A stretch of 64,000 bases of DNA, taken from positions 16,033 through 80,032 of IMG/VR virus record IMGVR_UViG_3300042884_001293; one strand, given 5' to 3'. Below, piece by piece: positions 28,304 through 37,789 of this stretch (the stretch's first letter is position 1; each line of letters begins with the position of its first letter). The position numbers and the translations under genes are program-made. The DNA is from a virus. The notes beneath the pieces are model-generated. The model made no database searches and was not told the origin of the DNA. It was given only the letters and a program-made list of their open reading frames with translations.

Positions 28304-28456
28304 TCTCAAATACTCCCTATGCATCGCTGGATATTTATCCGCAGGAACATACAGCGCAACGAACTCCGCCCAAGTGTGGCGAGGTCTATATCGCTCAATG
28401 ATCGGCGTTGCCTCAACCGTCAGTTCTTTTTTGGGTGCTGATTTTCTGGTTGCCAT
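28301..28456 (-). CDS. hypothetical small protein (51 aa, hand-called)
   Basis: MATRKSAPKKELTVEATPIIERYRPRHTWAEFVALYVPADKYPAMHREYLR; 2 nt after the upstream stop. Confidence 0.3.
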   Translation of the reverse strand: MATRKSAPKKELTVEATPIIERYRPRHTWAEFVALYVPADKYPAMHREYLR

Positions 28457-28458
28457 AA

Positions 28459-28680
28459 TTACTCACTCTCAAGCTGTTTCTTTATTTTCTCTTGCCAAAT
28501 TTGATGCTTTAGCGCTTCCTCAGGTGTGCGTGTAGGGTGATCAATAACCTGTTGCCAAGTCTTTTTATGTCTTGGATTTCCTTTTATTATTGCCAGTGCC
28601 CAAGCGCGATCTTCTCCATGCTTAGCGATTGCAATGCGGTTAAGATCCGCGAGTGTTTGAGTTTTAGCCATTGTTACCAC
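28459..28680 (-). CDS. hypothetical protein
   Basis: 73-aa ORF in operon context. Confidence 0.45.
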   Translation of the reverse strand: MVTMAKTQTLADLNRIAIAKHGEDRAWALAIIKGNPRHKKTWQQVIDHPTRTPEEALKHQIWQEKIKKQLESE

Positions 28681-29042
28681 CTAAAAATAAAAGCTTGCAC
28701 ACGATACCAAAGCCCCGCATACCATGGCGACTTCATTGGATATGCCTTTTCTTCAAAATGCTCTGAAAGCAAAAGCGGCAAATCAAACAGCTTATCTTCT
28801 TCTGGTGTGCGGTTTTCAATGCTCCATAGCCTCTCAATGTGCGCTAGGTTTGCGTCGTTTTCTGCATCATTGGTGATGACTTGGGGCTGTATTTCTGCTA
28901 GTAATTCGCTGTAGGTTTTAGTTGACTTAAGCTGATTTCTAATGTTTTCAGCCTCTTCTTGCAGTTCTTGAATCTGGTAATAATTACCACACTCTTCATT
29001 GCATTCTAAAATCATGTCTTCAATCTGTTCTAATTCACTCAT
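28674..29042 (-). CDS. hypothetical acidic protein
   Basis: 122-aa ORF overlapping both neighbours. Confidence 0.5.
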   Translation of the reverse strand: MSELEQIEDMILECNEECGNYYQIQELQEEAENIRNQLKSTKTYSELLAEIQPQVITNDAENDANLAHIERLWSIENRTPEEDKLFDLPLLLSEHFEEKAYPMKSPWYAGLWYRVQAFIFRW

Positions 29043-29622
29043 TGTTGTTACCTATAAGCTTAAATTTATAAACCCATAGCCAAGGGTTTGAATTAGCGAT
29101 CGCCTTGCCATGCAGCATCTCGATCTCTGAGATATAAGAATCAATGGGAGACTTAAAAGAGTAATCTTCTGCCATGTAATCCCAATAACGATCCCAGTAA
29201 TCGTCATACTCAATCCCTTCAGCGATCGCCGCCTCAGCCGTGATATCAAGCAATCGCTCTAACTTCACATCAACAATCTCAACCCAGTAACGGGCAAAGG
29301 ACTTCAGCATGAAACGGGCGTTTTGTTTTGAGTATAAGCCAGTTTTGCGGTTGTTGATTTTTATCAAATCTTGCTCAGTAGGAGTTACCCACTTAGATTC
29401 TGGACTATGCCAAAAATACTGAATATGCAGTTTTTTGTTTGTGTAATCAGCGCCAGCTAGATTTTGCGTTGGCTCTGTTAGGTAGCAGCGATCGCCCACA
29501 TTATACTTAGGCTTATCACTGCCATTAGATAATCGCCGCGTCTCGGTCTTAGGATTAGGCGATCGCGGATCAACTATCGCGCAGAAGTTAGCTTCAGTCA
29601 TGCCTAGCGGTGGGGTTTTCAT
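29035..29622 (-). CDS. ASCH-like domain protein (tentative)
   Basis: N-terminal KTETRR...GDRCYL resembles the ASCH core motif. Confidence 0.35.
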   Translation of the reverse strand: MKTPPLGMTEANFCAIVDPRSPNPKTETRRLSNGSDKPKYNVGDRCYLTEPTQNLAGADYTNKKLHIQYFWHSPESKWVTPTEQDLIKINNRKTGLYSKQNARFMLKSFARYWVEIVDVKLERLLDITAEAAIAEGIEYDDYWDRYWDYMAEDYSFKSPIDSYISEIEMLHGKAIANSNPWLWVYKFKLIGNNNE

Positions 29623-29834
29623 AATTCAATACCTCTAACAACCTTTACAACCGCAATCGTAGTAGTCTCTTCTTCAATCGCAACCCGATACTGTAATTCA
29701 GGATGTCTCAATCTCATCCTTTTTAGTAATTTGATTGCATCAGATTCTTTTTTGTTGGATCTCAGTGTTTTCCACTCGTTGCGATCTGAGATAAATCGCT
29801 GGAGTAGATAGGCGATCTTGATTTGTTGGGTCAC
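29619..29834 (-). CDS. hypothetical protein
   Basis: 71-aa ORF with 4-nt overlaps. Confidence 0.4.
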   Translation of the reverse strand: MTQQIKIAYLLQRFISDRNEWKTLRSNKKESDAIKLLKRMRLRHPELQYRVAIEEETTTIAVVKVVRGIEL

Positions 29835-30241
29835 AATGCAACCTCCAATAGTTCTTTACTTTCTGGCAATGCGATCGCGCTATCAGGCACAGCAATATAA
29901 AAATACTCACCATGCCGCGAGTGATAAGCCCTGCCTGATTGCTGTAGCTTGGCTTTGTTGATGTGGAATTTACCGCCCTTGTAGAGGTCTGGAAATATTT
30001 CTAGGATTTCTGGCGATAGATCCTGTGATACCACAATGATTTCCATCGCTGTAGTTTTCACTACAGGGCAAGGCTCGTACAAGGTTAGCCAAGTATTAGA
30101 TACTGATTTACCGATAAAATTCAGCAATGAAAAAGCAGTATCACCAAAGTAAATATGCTGATAAGGTAGCGACAGACCACGATTACCAGTGTTATACCGT
30201 CGAGCGCGGTATAGATGCGTGAGGTTTTCTACGGGGTGCAT
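29831..30241 (-). CDS. hypothetical protein
   Basis: 136-aa ORF. Confidence 0.5.
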   Translation of the reverse strand: MHPVENLTHLYRARRYNTGNRGLSLPYQHIYFGDTAFSLLNFIGKSVSNTWLTLYEPCPVVKTTAMEIIVVSQDLSPEILEIFPDLYKGGKFHINKAKLQQSGRAYHSRHGEYFYIAVPDSAIALPESKELLEVAL

Positions 30242-30243
30242 AA

Positions 30244-30447
30244 TTATTCCTTCTCCTCTAAATTTTTACCAACAACAGCAATCCCTAAACCAAAAGCAGT
30301 TAAAGCCCCTGATACAACGAAATGGCGATCGCCAAGCTGTTTATTTTCCTTTGCAGAGTAGTAAGCCACCAAAAATAAACTGGACATAGCAGCCCCTAAA
30401 AGAACGGCGCAAACCGCTAGATAGTGTTTCAAGAAAAATGTTTTCAT
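30244..30447 (-). CDS. small two-span membrane protein
   Basis: ATG 30447 directly after the upstream stop; MKTFFLKHYLAVCAVLLGAAMSSLFLVAYY... Confidence 0.45.
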   Translation of the reverse strand: MKTFFLKHYLAVCAVLLGAAMSSLFLVAYYSAKENKQLGDRHFVVSGALTAFGLGIAVVGKNLEEKE

Positions 30448-30449
30448 GG

Positions 30450-31193
30450 CTAACCTCTCGCAAAGAATAAGTGGATACGAGCGTCCCACTTATGCACCAA
30501 AGGAATGTGTGAAGAAAGCATCTTTCCTGCTATTTCATCAAAAGTAACTCGCAAAAATTGAACATTGCTAGGGATCTCAATCTCCAAATCAGGCGCGATC
30601 AAATAGCCAGTTTTAGACTGCATGGTTTTCATGTACCGCAAAAGCTGATTTAGCGCATCTTTGCCAATAGGATCTTTTTTGATTTCTACAGGGATAGATT
30701 TGTCTAAAACAAAATCAACTCTTGACTGCTTATTTAGGCAGTATTCATGTTCAATTGTTTTCACAAAAGGGAAAAGCTCTTCCCAAAACAATTTGACATA
30801 GGTATGGATCAAAGCTTCACTTTCTGCATACCCCATCCGCGTAATTATTTGACTAGAAACATTGTGGAAAATAGCAGTTGCTGATTGCCCTTTATAAAAC
30901 GACAATGCCAACTTGTGAACATAAGAAGCGTCTTTTAGATACCCAATACTAGATTGCATAGACAGTACTGAAGATAGTTCAAGTAATAAAAAACCCAGAT
31001 CTTCAGAACTTAAAAAAGTTTTTGTGGTTTGCAACTGAAATTTGTTTCTTACCCACAAAGGTAATTCTGGAAACAAAAGATTTAAATCCAACAATGGCAT
31101 CAACTCTCTAGCAATCCAATATTCTTTTCCACTTTCATCAAAGCGGCGGATCGCATCAAATGGAGAATCATTCTGTACTGTAATTTCACTCAT
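30450..31193 (-). CDS. DinD/Bro-N-like N-terminus with PD-(D/E)XK-like C-terminus (tentative)
   Basis: FDAIRRFDESGKEYWIARELMPLL at the N-terminus; VDFVLD...VEIKK nuclease-like motif. Confidence 0.4.
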   Translation of the reverse strand: MSEITVQNDSPFDAIRRFDESGKEYWIARELMPLLDLNLLFPELPLWVRNKFQLQTTKTFLSSEDLGFLLLELSSVLSMQSSIGYLKDASYVHKLALSFYKGQSATAIFHNVSSQIITRMGYAESEALIHTYVKLFWEELFPFVKTIEHEYCLNKQSRVDFVLDKSIPVEIKKDPIGKDALNQLLRYMKTMQSKTGYLIAPDLEIEIPSNVQFLRVTFDEIAGKMLSSHIPLVHKWDARIHLFFARG

Positions 31194-31390
31194 TAATCTA
31201 CCTCTACTAAATCTTCAGGTTTACATCCTAATGCTTTACATAATTTTGCAAAGCGTTCAATAGACTTCTTATTGTTTTTGCCTTTCTCCCAATTTTGGAA
31301 ACCAGCGACAGTCATTCCTAACTCGTCAGCCAAAGCTTTTTGAGTCAATCCTTTTCTTTGCCTAAGCTCTGAAATTTTTGATAAAGCCAT
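31193..31390 (-). CDS. XRE-family HTH repressor (CI/Cro-like)
   Basis: LRQRKGLTQKALADELGMTVAGFQNWEKGK; heads the minus operon, divergent from the early operon. Confidence 0.85.
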   Translation of the reverse strand: MALSKISELRQRKGLTQKALADELGMTVAGFQNWEKGKNNKKSIERFAKLCKALGCKPEDLVEVD

Positions 31391-31468
31391 AAGCGCCTCT
31401 ATGTAATTCGATCCTTAGTAAAGCATAAATATTTTTACAAGTCAATAGAATATTTAATCAAAAAAGTA

Positions 31469-31496
31469 TTGCATTTTAGGAAATACTATGTAATAC
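31469..31496 (+). promoter_or_regulatory. candidate early promoter
   Basis: TTGCAT - 16 nt - TAATAC with TG just upstream of the -10, 50 nt before ATG 31547. Confidence 0.35.
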
Positions 31497-31546
31497 TGTT
31501 TCACATACAGTTAAGAAAACACAAGCAAGCAAAGGACGAGCGCATC

Positions 31547-32008
31547 ATGATCAGCAAAGCAGTAAAGAAAATCGCAAACGATAACGGGTTCGACTTCTAT
31601 GTTTCTGGCTTAGGGTACAGACAATCAGCGCAAATCACCACATTGGGAGATAAGCCCCAAGCGGTAAGCCGTTGCAGCAATAATTCTAAGGATGCACTGC
31701 AAGCAATCAACACTCTAATTACACAACGCAAGCTTGATGCTAAATCCGATGAAGCGATCGCCACTGAATCCGAGCAAACCATCAGCGATTTACTTCCCCC
31801 TGTCGTCACTATCTGCGAAACCGTAGCTGAGCAAGCTTATCAAGAGCTTTTGCCAGTAGACCCATGGGAACAACGCCGACAAGAACGCATTACTGCACAA
31901 GGCGCATTGACAGCCGATGATTTTGCATCTACCTACACAAGGCGCGATGATTTTGGTGATGACGCTTTTGTGTTTAGCGCTCGTTACGGTTGCGGAGCTT
32001 TGATTTAA
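31547..32008 (+). CDS. hypothetical early protein
   Basis: ATG 31547 after aaggacgag; 153 aa. Confidence 0.5.
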   Translation: MISKAVKKIANDNGFDFYVSGLGYRQSAQITTLGDKPQAVSRCSNNSKDALQAINTLITQRKLDAKSDEAIATESEQTISDLLPPVVTICETVAEQAYQELLPVDPWEQRRQERITAQGALTADDFASTYTRRDDFGDDAFVFSARYGCGALI

Positions 32009-32272
32009 TGTGCCAACCATCGCAACAAGTCCTTTACAAAGGCGCGATCGCCACAATAATCGATACACTCCCTAGCGTAATTGGATACGATTATTTGATC
32101 CATTGCAGTAACGGAGTCCAAAGACCAGTCACACATGATGAGCTAACGGAGATAGAAGTATGACTCCATACGACTATCTCCATCAGCAAATGGTTTACTG
32201 GCTATGCGTTGCATTCTTATCGCCTATCCTTTTGGCGATCGCTATTAATATTAATCCGCACAGGTAAACATC

Positions 32273-32539
32273 ATGAGATTAGAAAAAGTTGGAGCTGAAT
32301 ATAAGCGTAAGTTCAATTTAGGCAACTACGAATCAGCAGAGATCGGCGCTATTATTTGGGCTAGCTGCGATGAAGGTGATGACATTGGCGAAGTGTTTGA
32401 CACCTTATTTGAAGTAGCTAAGGAAACAGTTAAAATCAACGTTCCACCAAGCTACAAAAAACACACTCCAGACTATACAGAATCGTTTACTAAGTACGGT
32501 CAAAAAGTTGATAAATCTGAGCTAGAGAGTGAACAATAA
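32273..32539 (+). CDS. hypothetical protein
   Basis: 88-aa ORF. Confidence 0.5.
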   Translation: MRLEKVGAEYKRKFNLGNYESAEIGAIIWASCDEGDDIGEVFDTLFEVAKETVKINVPPSYKKHTPDYTESFTKYGQKVDKSELESEQ

Positions 32540-33063
32540 TGACTTTACCATCGGCATCAGCCGTACTAAAAGCAGAAATCAGCACCTTAAATGATGCGAT
32601 CATTTCATTAAAAAAAGAATTAGCAATTACTGAATCAGCGGATTTAGGGTTTGAGTTAGCTATCTTAGGCGATCGCTTAGTCGTTATGTCAGATCCTTTA
32701 TCCCGTCATGGATGGGAGGTTACTGCATACATTGGATTTGCAACTAAAAAAGATGCTAATGCAATGATTGATCGCTTTACTAAAAGCGCTTACGAGTGCA
32801 AAAAAACTAACAAACCTATTCCATTTCTATTTATGGAGTTAAGAGAATCAGAAAGAGTTTTTGAGGGTAAATGGGAACTTAAAATTATTGATCTTCACCA
32901 ATCGTTAATTAATAAGCTCTGCAAGGAGTTTGGATACGCTATCAGGAATAATGCCCCTGTTGAATCAGTACCAATTATAGAACCTCAAAAACCCTTGTCT
33001 AAAGAAGAAATAGAAGACATTCAAGATTTGGTTGCAATTGCCCAAAAAGCAACTATCAATTAA
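32539..33063 (+). CDS. hypothetical protein
   Basis: 174-aa ORF with TAATG coupling. Confidence 0.5.
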   Translation: MTLPSASAVLKAEISTLNDAIISLKKELAITESADLGFELAILGDRLVVMSDPLSRHGWEVTAYIGFATKKDANAMIDRFTKSAYECKKTNKPIPFLFMELRESERVFEGKWELKIIDLHQSLINKLCKEFGYAIRNNAPVESVPIIEPQKPLSKEEIEDIQDLVAIAQKATIN

Positions 33064-33144
33064 ATCAGCGATCGCCATCCTCGCAGTATTTTGGCGATTG
33101 CATTGGCTCAATACAGAGTCATTTATTTACAAGGAATAATTATT

Positions 33145-33717
33145 ATGGCGAAAGCTAAAGAGCAAGAACAATTCACAGAAGCGCCTGAAACCGATTTGAT
33201 GGCTGTCTATGAAGCTAATCAAGCTGGATCTACTCAACTCGCAGTAAGGCAAGAATCAGAATCTATTGCTTTATTGAATGATAAAGACAATGATACTGGA
33301 CTGACTGCAACACCTGTAAAAGTCAGCGCTAGCACACTTGAACAAGTGCTAAACACCTTGGATGAGATCGAAACTTACGAAGATGGGATGAACTTTACCC
33401 CTCGTTACAAGGAGTTTGACAAATCCGATGAAGGCAAAGAATATCGCATTGTTTACATGGGTAAAAAGATCATTGAAAAATCTGACAAAGGAGAGCTTAA
33501 AAAGATTGAATGTGTCGCTTGGTTGCAACGTGAAGATGATTGCGTTAACGCCTACATGAACGGCGGCACGATCCTTGTTGATGCTTTTGACGGTGCGACT
33601 GTTGGAGAACCTTACAAGATCATTTATCAAGGCACTAAAAAGACTGGAAGTGGCTTCAATGTTAAAGACTTCCAATTGATTTCGCTTCGTGTTCCTAAGC
33701 GCTTAACAGCTAACTAA
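33145..33717 (+). CDS. hypothetical protein
   Basis: ATG 33145 (MAKAKEQEQ); 190 aa. Confidence 0.5.
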   Translation: MAKAKEQEQFTEAPETDLMAVYEANQAGSTQLAVRQESESIALLNDKDNDTGLTATPVKVSASTLEQVLNTLDEIETYEDGMNFTPRYKEFDKSDEGKEYRIVYMGKKIIEKSDKGELKKIECVAWLQREDDCVNAYMNGGTILVDAFDGATVGEPYKIIYQGTKKTGSGFNVKDFQLISLRVPKRLTAN

Positions 33718-33914
33718 CCCACACTCACAGGCGGCGCAATGCCGCCTAAACATTATGCAAAAACTACTACAACAAGTTCTATACCTCGCTATTAAGATTG
33801 CGGTTGCGAGGAGTTGATTATGATCGGAGTATCTATTTTTACTGTGATTTGTTGTCTAGTGTCTTTAAGTATTTCTTCTTTTACCCTTGGCTACACTATT
33901 GGCAAAAGAAGCAG

Positions 33915-34196
33915 ATGAGCGATAAGAAATTTAAACTCATCCGCACCATCCGCAAAGATGAAGATGTAACCAAGCTAACAGCAAGGCTTGACATATTGCG
34001 TCTTATGATGGAACGCCATCAAAACAGCAATCCTGATTACGATTATGCGATCGTAGACGAACAAGGCAACCCCGCCGAACTAGCCGATTTCCTTGAATCA
34101 GAGCTAGCCCATCCCGTGGCTAAAGCGAAGCGGGTGAAGGAAGAGAAGAAAGAGCAGTACAAAAAGAAAGTAGTCAAGAGGTTGAAGCGATGCTAA
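33915..34196 (+). CDS. hypothetical basic protein
   Basis: ATG 33915 (MSDKKFKL); Lys-rich C-terminus. Confidence 0.45.
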   Translation: MSDKKFKLIRTIRKDEDVTKLTARLDILRLMMERHQNSNPDYDYAIVDEQGNPAELADFLESELAHPVAKAKRVKEEKKEQYKKKVVKRLKRC

Positions 34197-34471
34197 GTAC
34201 AATCAAAGTATCTGTAACCGCCGCACACATCGCCGCCGCAAAGTATCCTAGTAAGTCACCATTAGCTCTTGCCCTGCGAGAGATGGGGTATACAGATACC
34301 CACGTCAATCAACATTTTGCATATATCGGCAACAAAGTTTATGCATTGCCAGAATCAGCAATTGCATCAGAGCGTTGTTTTGATTTCCTTACTAAAGGCG
34401 GATCATCGCAGGGTGAGATTGCTGAGAATATTTTTGCTTACGAGTGCGAGTTAGTGGAGCTAGTGCAGTGA
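34190..34471 (+). CDS. hypothetical protein
   Basis: 93-aa ORF overlapping its neighbours. Confidence 0.45.
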   Translation: MLSTIKVSVTAAHIAAAKYPSKSPLALALREMGYTDTHVNQHFAYIGNKVYALPESAIASERCFDFLTKGGSSQGEIAENIFAYECELVELVQ

Positions 34472-35487
34472 GTAAAAAAACATTTACAGCATTATTTGCT
34501 GGTGGCGGTGGTGCAGATTTAGGAGCGATCGCCGCAGGACTAGAACCATGTGAATCAGTGGAATACGATCCTGCGATCGCTGAAGTTCACAAGGCAAATA
34601 TAAACGGCAAAATGCATGTTGCCAATATCCTTGATTGCGATCCTTATCGCTTTGAAAAGCCTGATATCCTTCACGCTAGCCCAGTCTGTAAGCAATTTAG
34701 CATAGCTAATGCTAACAAAGGCGAAGCACAACTTGATATCGACTGCGCCCGAAAGGTAGCAGAATTTATCCAAGTGCTACAGCCTAAGCATTTTACTCTT
34801 GAGAATGTGGAAGCTTACCGCAAATCCAAATCGTTCCATTTAATTGTTGAGATGCTTCATAAGCTTGGATATTTCTGTAATTGGCAAGTATTAAATGCTG
34901 CTGATTTTGGAGTGCCACAGTCGCGCCGACGATTAATCTTAATCGCTGTCAAAGATGGCTTTATCCCATCGTTGCCACTGCCTGAAAAGCATATTGGATG
35001 GTATGAAGCGATTAAGGATAAGGTGCATGATTTACCTAATAGTCAGTTGGCAGATTGGCAGCTTAGAGCGTTGCCCAGTGAGATTAAAGAAGTATGTGAT
35101 CATACTTTACTTCTTAGAGATACTAAATTTACTCATTCGCAAAGACAAGAACCAAGCCCGACCTTAACTGTTGATGCTTGTCAACAAGATTACAAAGCCA
35201 TCCTAGTCGAAAACACAGGAGCGAGAAGCGATCGCGAATTACAAACGCGAGAAGCAACAGAGCCATGTTGGACACTAAGAGCAATGGGGCAGGACGGGCA
35301 TTATCACAGGGCTAATGCCATATTAAACACTCGTATCGTAGCTCTAGACATTGCTTGCTTAGCTCGTTTACAGTCGTTTCCTGATAACTATCAGTGGAGA
35401 GGCAAAAAGTCGCTAGACGGCAAAATTATTGGTAATTCAGTACCACCCCTGATGTATCAAAAGATTTTGCAATCGATCATCCAATAA
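34444..35487 (+). CDS. dcm: DNA (cytosine-5)-methyltransferase
   Basis: Motifs FAGGGGADLG (I), ASPVCKQFS (IV), ENV (VI), QSRRRL (VIII), GNSVPP (X). Start may be GTG 34468. Confidence 0.9.
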   Translation: MRVSGASAVSKKTFTALFAGGGGADLGAIAAGLEPCESVEYDPAIAEVHKANINGKMHVANILDCDPYRFEKPDILHASPVCKQFSIANANKGEAQLDIDCARKVAEFIQVLQPKHFTLENVEAYRKSKSFHLIVEMLHKLGYFCNWQVLNAADFGVPQSRRRLILIAVKDGFIPSLPLPEKHIGWYEAIKDKVHDLPNSQLADWQLRALPSEIKEVCDHTLLLRDTKFTHSQRQEPSPTLTVDACQQDYKAILVENTGARSDRELQTREATEPCWTLRAMGQDGHYHRANAILNTRIVALDIACLARLQSFPDNYQWRGKKSLDGKIIGNSVPPLMYQKILQSIIQ

Positions 35488-35557
35488 AAATCAGCGATCG
35501 CCCCATGACAAGCGATCGCTGAAACCCGAAAACTGCATTTCTACCAAATATTAAACC

Positions 35558-35773
35558 ATGAAATATCTACTAATCCTCGCATTGCTTTCTATCTCCACCC
35601 CTGCGATCGCGCAAGTTAATCGCACCGTTGGCAATGGCTTCTCTGACCTTGGTAAAATCACAGCTAGAAGCAATCAAGAGGCTTCTAGGCTATGTCGCAA
35701 AAAGGGCGGTAACGTTGTGATTAAGACTGGTAACAGATACACTTGCCACTATTTCCAGAGGTTAGCAAAATGA
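35558..35773 (+). CDS. secreted small protein
   Basis: Signal peptide MKYLLILALLSISTPAIAQ. Confidence 0.5.
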   Translation: MKYLLILALLSISTPAIAQVNRTVGNGFSDLGKITARSNQEASRLCRKKGGNVVIKTGNRYTCHYFQRLAK

Positions 35774-35934
35774 TCGACCTAACACGCCTATACGCATTGA
35801 CTGACGAAATGAAATACGCAGCCCAAAACAAGGGTTTAGACGAAAGAGCGTTACGCGCTCAACTGATTGAACTACGCAGCAAGATCAACCGCGAGCTAGC
35901 GGCGATCGTTGTTACTAATACTAGAATTGAGTGA
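35770..35934 (+). CDS. hypothetical small protein
   Basis: ATGA overlap; 54 aa. Confidence 0.4.
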   Translation: MIDLTRLYALTDEMKYAAQNKGLDERALRAQLIELRSKINRELAAIVVTNTRIE

Positions 35935-36062
35935 TGATCTATTAAATTAAATCTTGAGGACAATCTGCGATAATAAAAGTGTAAAGCCACAAAACCACTG
36001 CCATGAAAATGAAGCCCAAGCCAAAAGGTAGTAAGCCAAAGCCAAAGCCTTATAAATAGACA

Positions 36063-36100
36063 AAAAGAGAGAGCGATCTCAATGATCGCTCTCTCTTTTT
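36063..36100. terminator. bidirectional terminator
   Basis: aaagagagagcgatc-tcaa-tgatcgctctctcttt between convergent genes. Confidence 0.75.
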
Positions 36101-36108
36101 GCTGTTGG

Positions 36109-36567
36109 TTACTTTAATTTAGTAATTGTAATCAAGCCGCCACTATTTTGCTTAACTACGGATGTCCAAAAATCACGATCGCCAGTCATATCTCCAAAAG
36201 CAGAAGCTTTGTTATCTACAAGCCAATCAATCAAATCATCTTCAGTAGCCATCACTGGAGATATAGGAGTACCTTCAGTTGTATTCTCATAAGCTTGGTA
36301 ATGTGTACGCTCTGAATTTTCCCAATCTGGCATATAGTCATTAGGATCAGGGCAATCGCCATCATATTCACTGTATGAAATATTCTTGTATTTGTCTGCG
36401 ATAGGTTCCCATTGCTTAGTAGTGTAATTAAGCTCAAATCCTTGATTCCATTTATCGTTATGTTCAACCCATCGCGCCAATGCCTTGTTATAGCAGTCAA
36501 ACAATGGCTGATCCGAATAACTCCAATGATCCCAATCAGGGGGAACTCTACGAACTTCACGACCCAT
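36109..36567 (-). CDS. conserved phage protein of unknown function
   Basis: 152-aa Trp/Asp-rich ORF; GREVRRVPPDWDHW start typical of a widespread phage family I cannot name. Confidence 0.55.
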   Translation of the reverse strand: MGREVRRVPPDWDHWSYSDQPLFDCYNKALARWVEHNDKWNQGFELNYTTKQWEPIADKYKNISYSEYDGDCPDPNDYMPDWENSERTHYQAYENTTEGTPISPVMATEDDLIDWLVDNKASAFGDMTGDRDFWTSVVKQNSGGLITITKLK

Positions 36568-36587
36568 TATGTTTACTCCTTTATTAA

Positions 36588-36770
36588 TTAATCTTGTTTA
36601 CCCTCAACAAATAACTTACACCGCCGCCTCTTAAATTGCCATCGCTTACAAACCTTACAGAATGATTGCGGATTACGCTTGATGTAATCCTCGCTGTAGC
36701 CTGTGTGCAGATACCCTTCAGGGGTTTGACAGATGGTGATTTGTTGTGCGGTAGTCATGGTTCTTTCCAT
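36588..36770 (-). CDS. small Cys-containing protein
   Basis: 60 aa; C...CKVC...C pattern. Confidence 0.4.
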   Translation of the reverse strand: MERTMTTAQQITICQTPEGYLHTGYSEDYIKRNPQSFCKVCKRWQFKRRRCKLFVEGKQD

Positions 36771-36958
36771 TCTTGCATTGTCAGATTTAAGAACGTTACT
36801 GAATCTGATTTGGTGCGAGTTTTAATCCTGTTCTCAGCTTCTGCTAGCGCTTCTGCGAATTCTGAAGGATGGGCTATATCTATGTCAAAGCCGCATGATC
36901 CTTGTACTGAAATTCCTTGTTTGCTTACTTTGTAAGCCGCGAATACTAAAATCTTCAT
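36755..36958 (-). CDS. hypothetical protein
   Basis: ATG 36958, 2 nt after the upstream stop; 67 aa. Confidence 0.4.
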   Translation of the reverse strand: MKILVFAAYKVSKQGISVQGSCGFDIDIAHPSEFAEALAEAENRIKTRTKSDSVTFLNLTMQEWKEP

Positions 36959-36960
36959 TT

Positions 36961-37338
36961 CTAAATCAACTCCATCGCTACCCATTGGAGTAGCGCTTTG
37001 AATGTTTCTCTTGATTGCGCGGTTAGCCAATCATCTGCTTTTTGTGTAAAGCCGTCGGTTACTTTTGAGGGGGTATCCCATCTTTCGGTCATCAAAGCCC
37101 ATCCCAAGTTAATAACTATATCTGCAAGATATTCTTGAGGCATAGCCATAATCTCACCCTCAAGCCAATCAGGGATCTCCACATAGTCGCTTGCTGGTTT
37201 GGGTGTGTCTAGCTTTGTTTCTGTATTACCAAAAACAAGATATGCATTTTTAAGCATATCGGGATCTCTAAGCATTTCCATGCGTTGCTCAACAGAAAAT
37301 TGCTCAAAAAATTCTCTAGGGATTCTCATTGTGTCCAT
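36961..37338 (-). CDS. hypothetical protein
   Basis: 125-aa ORF. Confidence 0.5.
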   Translation of the reverse strand: MDTMRIPREFFEQFSVEQRMEMLRDPDMLKNAYLVFGNTETKLDTPKPASDYVEIPDWLEGEIMAMPQEYLADIVINLGWALMTERWDTPSKVTDGFTQKADDWLTAQSRETFKALLQWVAMELI

Positions 37339-37347
37339 GGCTGTTTG

Positions 37348-37635
37348 TTACTCTTCCTTTAAAATTTGATTAGCTGATATAACAAGCCCTTTAAACTCTT
37401 TATATCGAATTGTGTAAACTTGTTGATCAATTTCTACGACTACAGAATGGTCTATAGATTTCTCATCAGCAAGGTCGGCTAGGCGACCAAACTCTTGAGA
37501 GAATTGACGATCAAGGCTTGCGATTTCATTGCATAATCTATTTTCTTGCTCTTGCAAATCTGCGATCGTTTGCCTGAGTGCTGCTAGCTCAGCCTTTTCT
37601 TTTAAAACGGTTTTGGCTAGTTCAATTATTTTCAC
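37348..37635 (-). CDS. coiled-coil protein
   Basis: 95-aa heptad-rich ORF. Confidence 0.5.
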   Translation of the reverse strand: MKIIELAKTVLKEKAELAALRQTIADLQEQENRLCNEIASLDRQFSQEFGRLADLADEKSIDHSVVVEIDQQVYTIRYKEFKGLVISANQILKEE

Positions 37636-37789
37636 AATAAACCTCAGTCATTCCTACAATTGGTTGCGATTCAATCACAAATAGGCATTTTCGGCTTACC
37701 TTATTGCCATAATGAAATACTGGAATACTCGCTATTGCAATATTGCGAGAAATCCAGTATTTTTCGCAATAATGGATTTCTGTCATGGG

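Noticed and set aside
36252-36560. Alternative-frame ORFs nested in well-supported genes (also 62828-63268, 59084-59320, 29052-29249, 13637-13840, 2221-2403, 24531-24914).
   Set aside because: Each is fully contained in a longer ORF that has family motifs or operon coupling. Their translated sequences are Leu/Ile/Ser-rich with no domain features.
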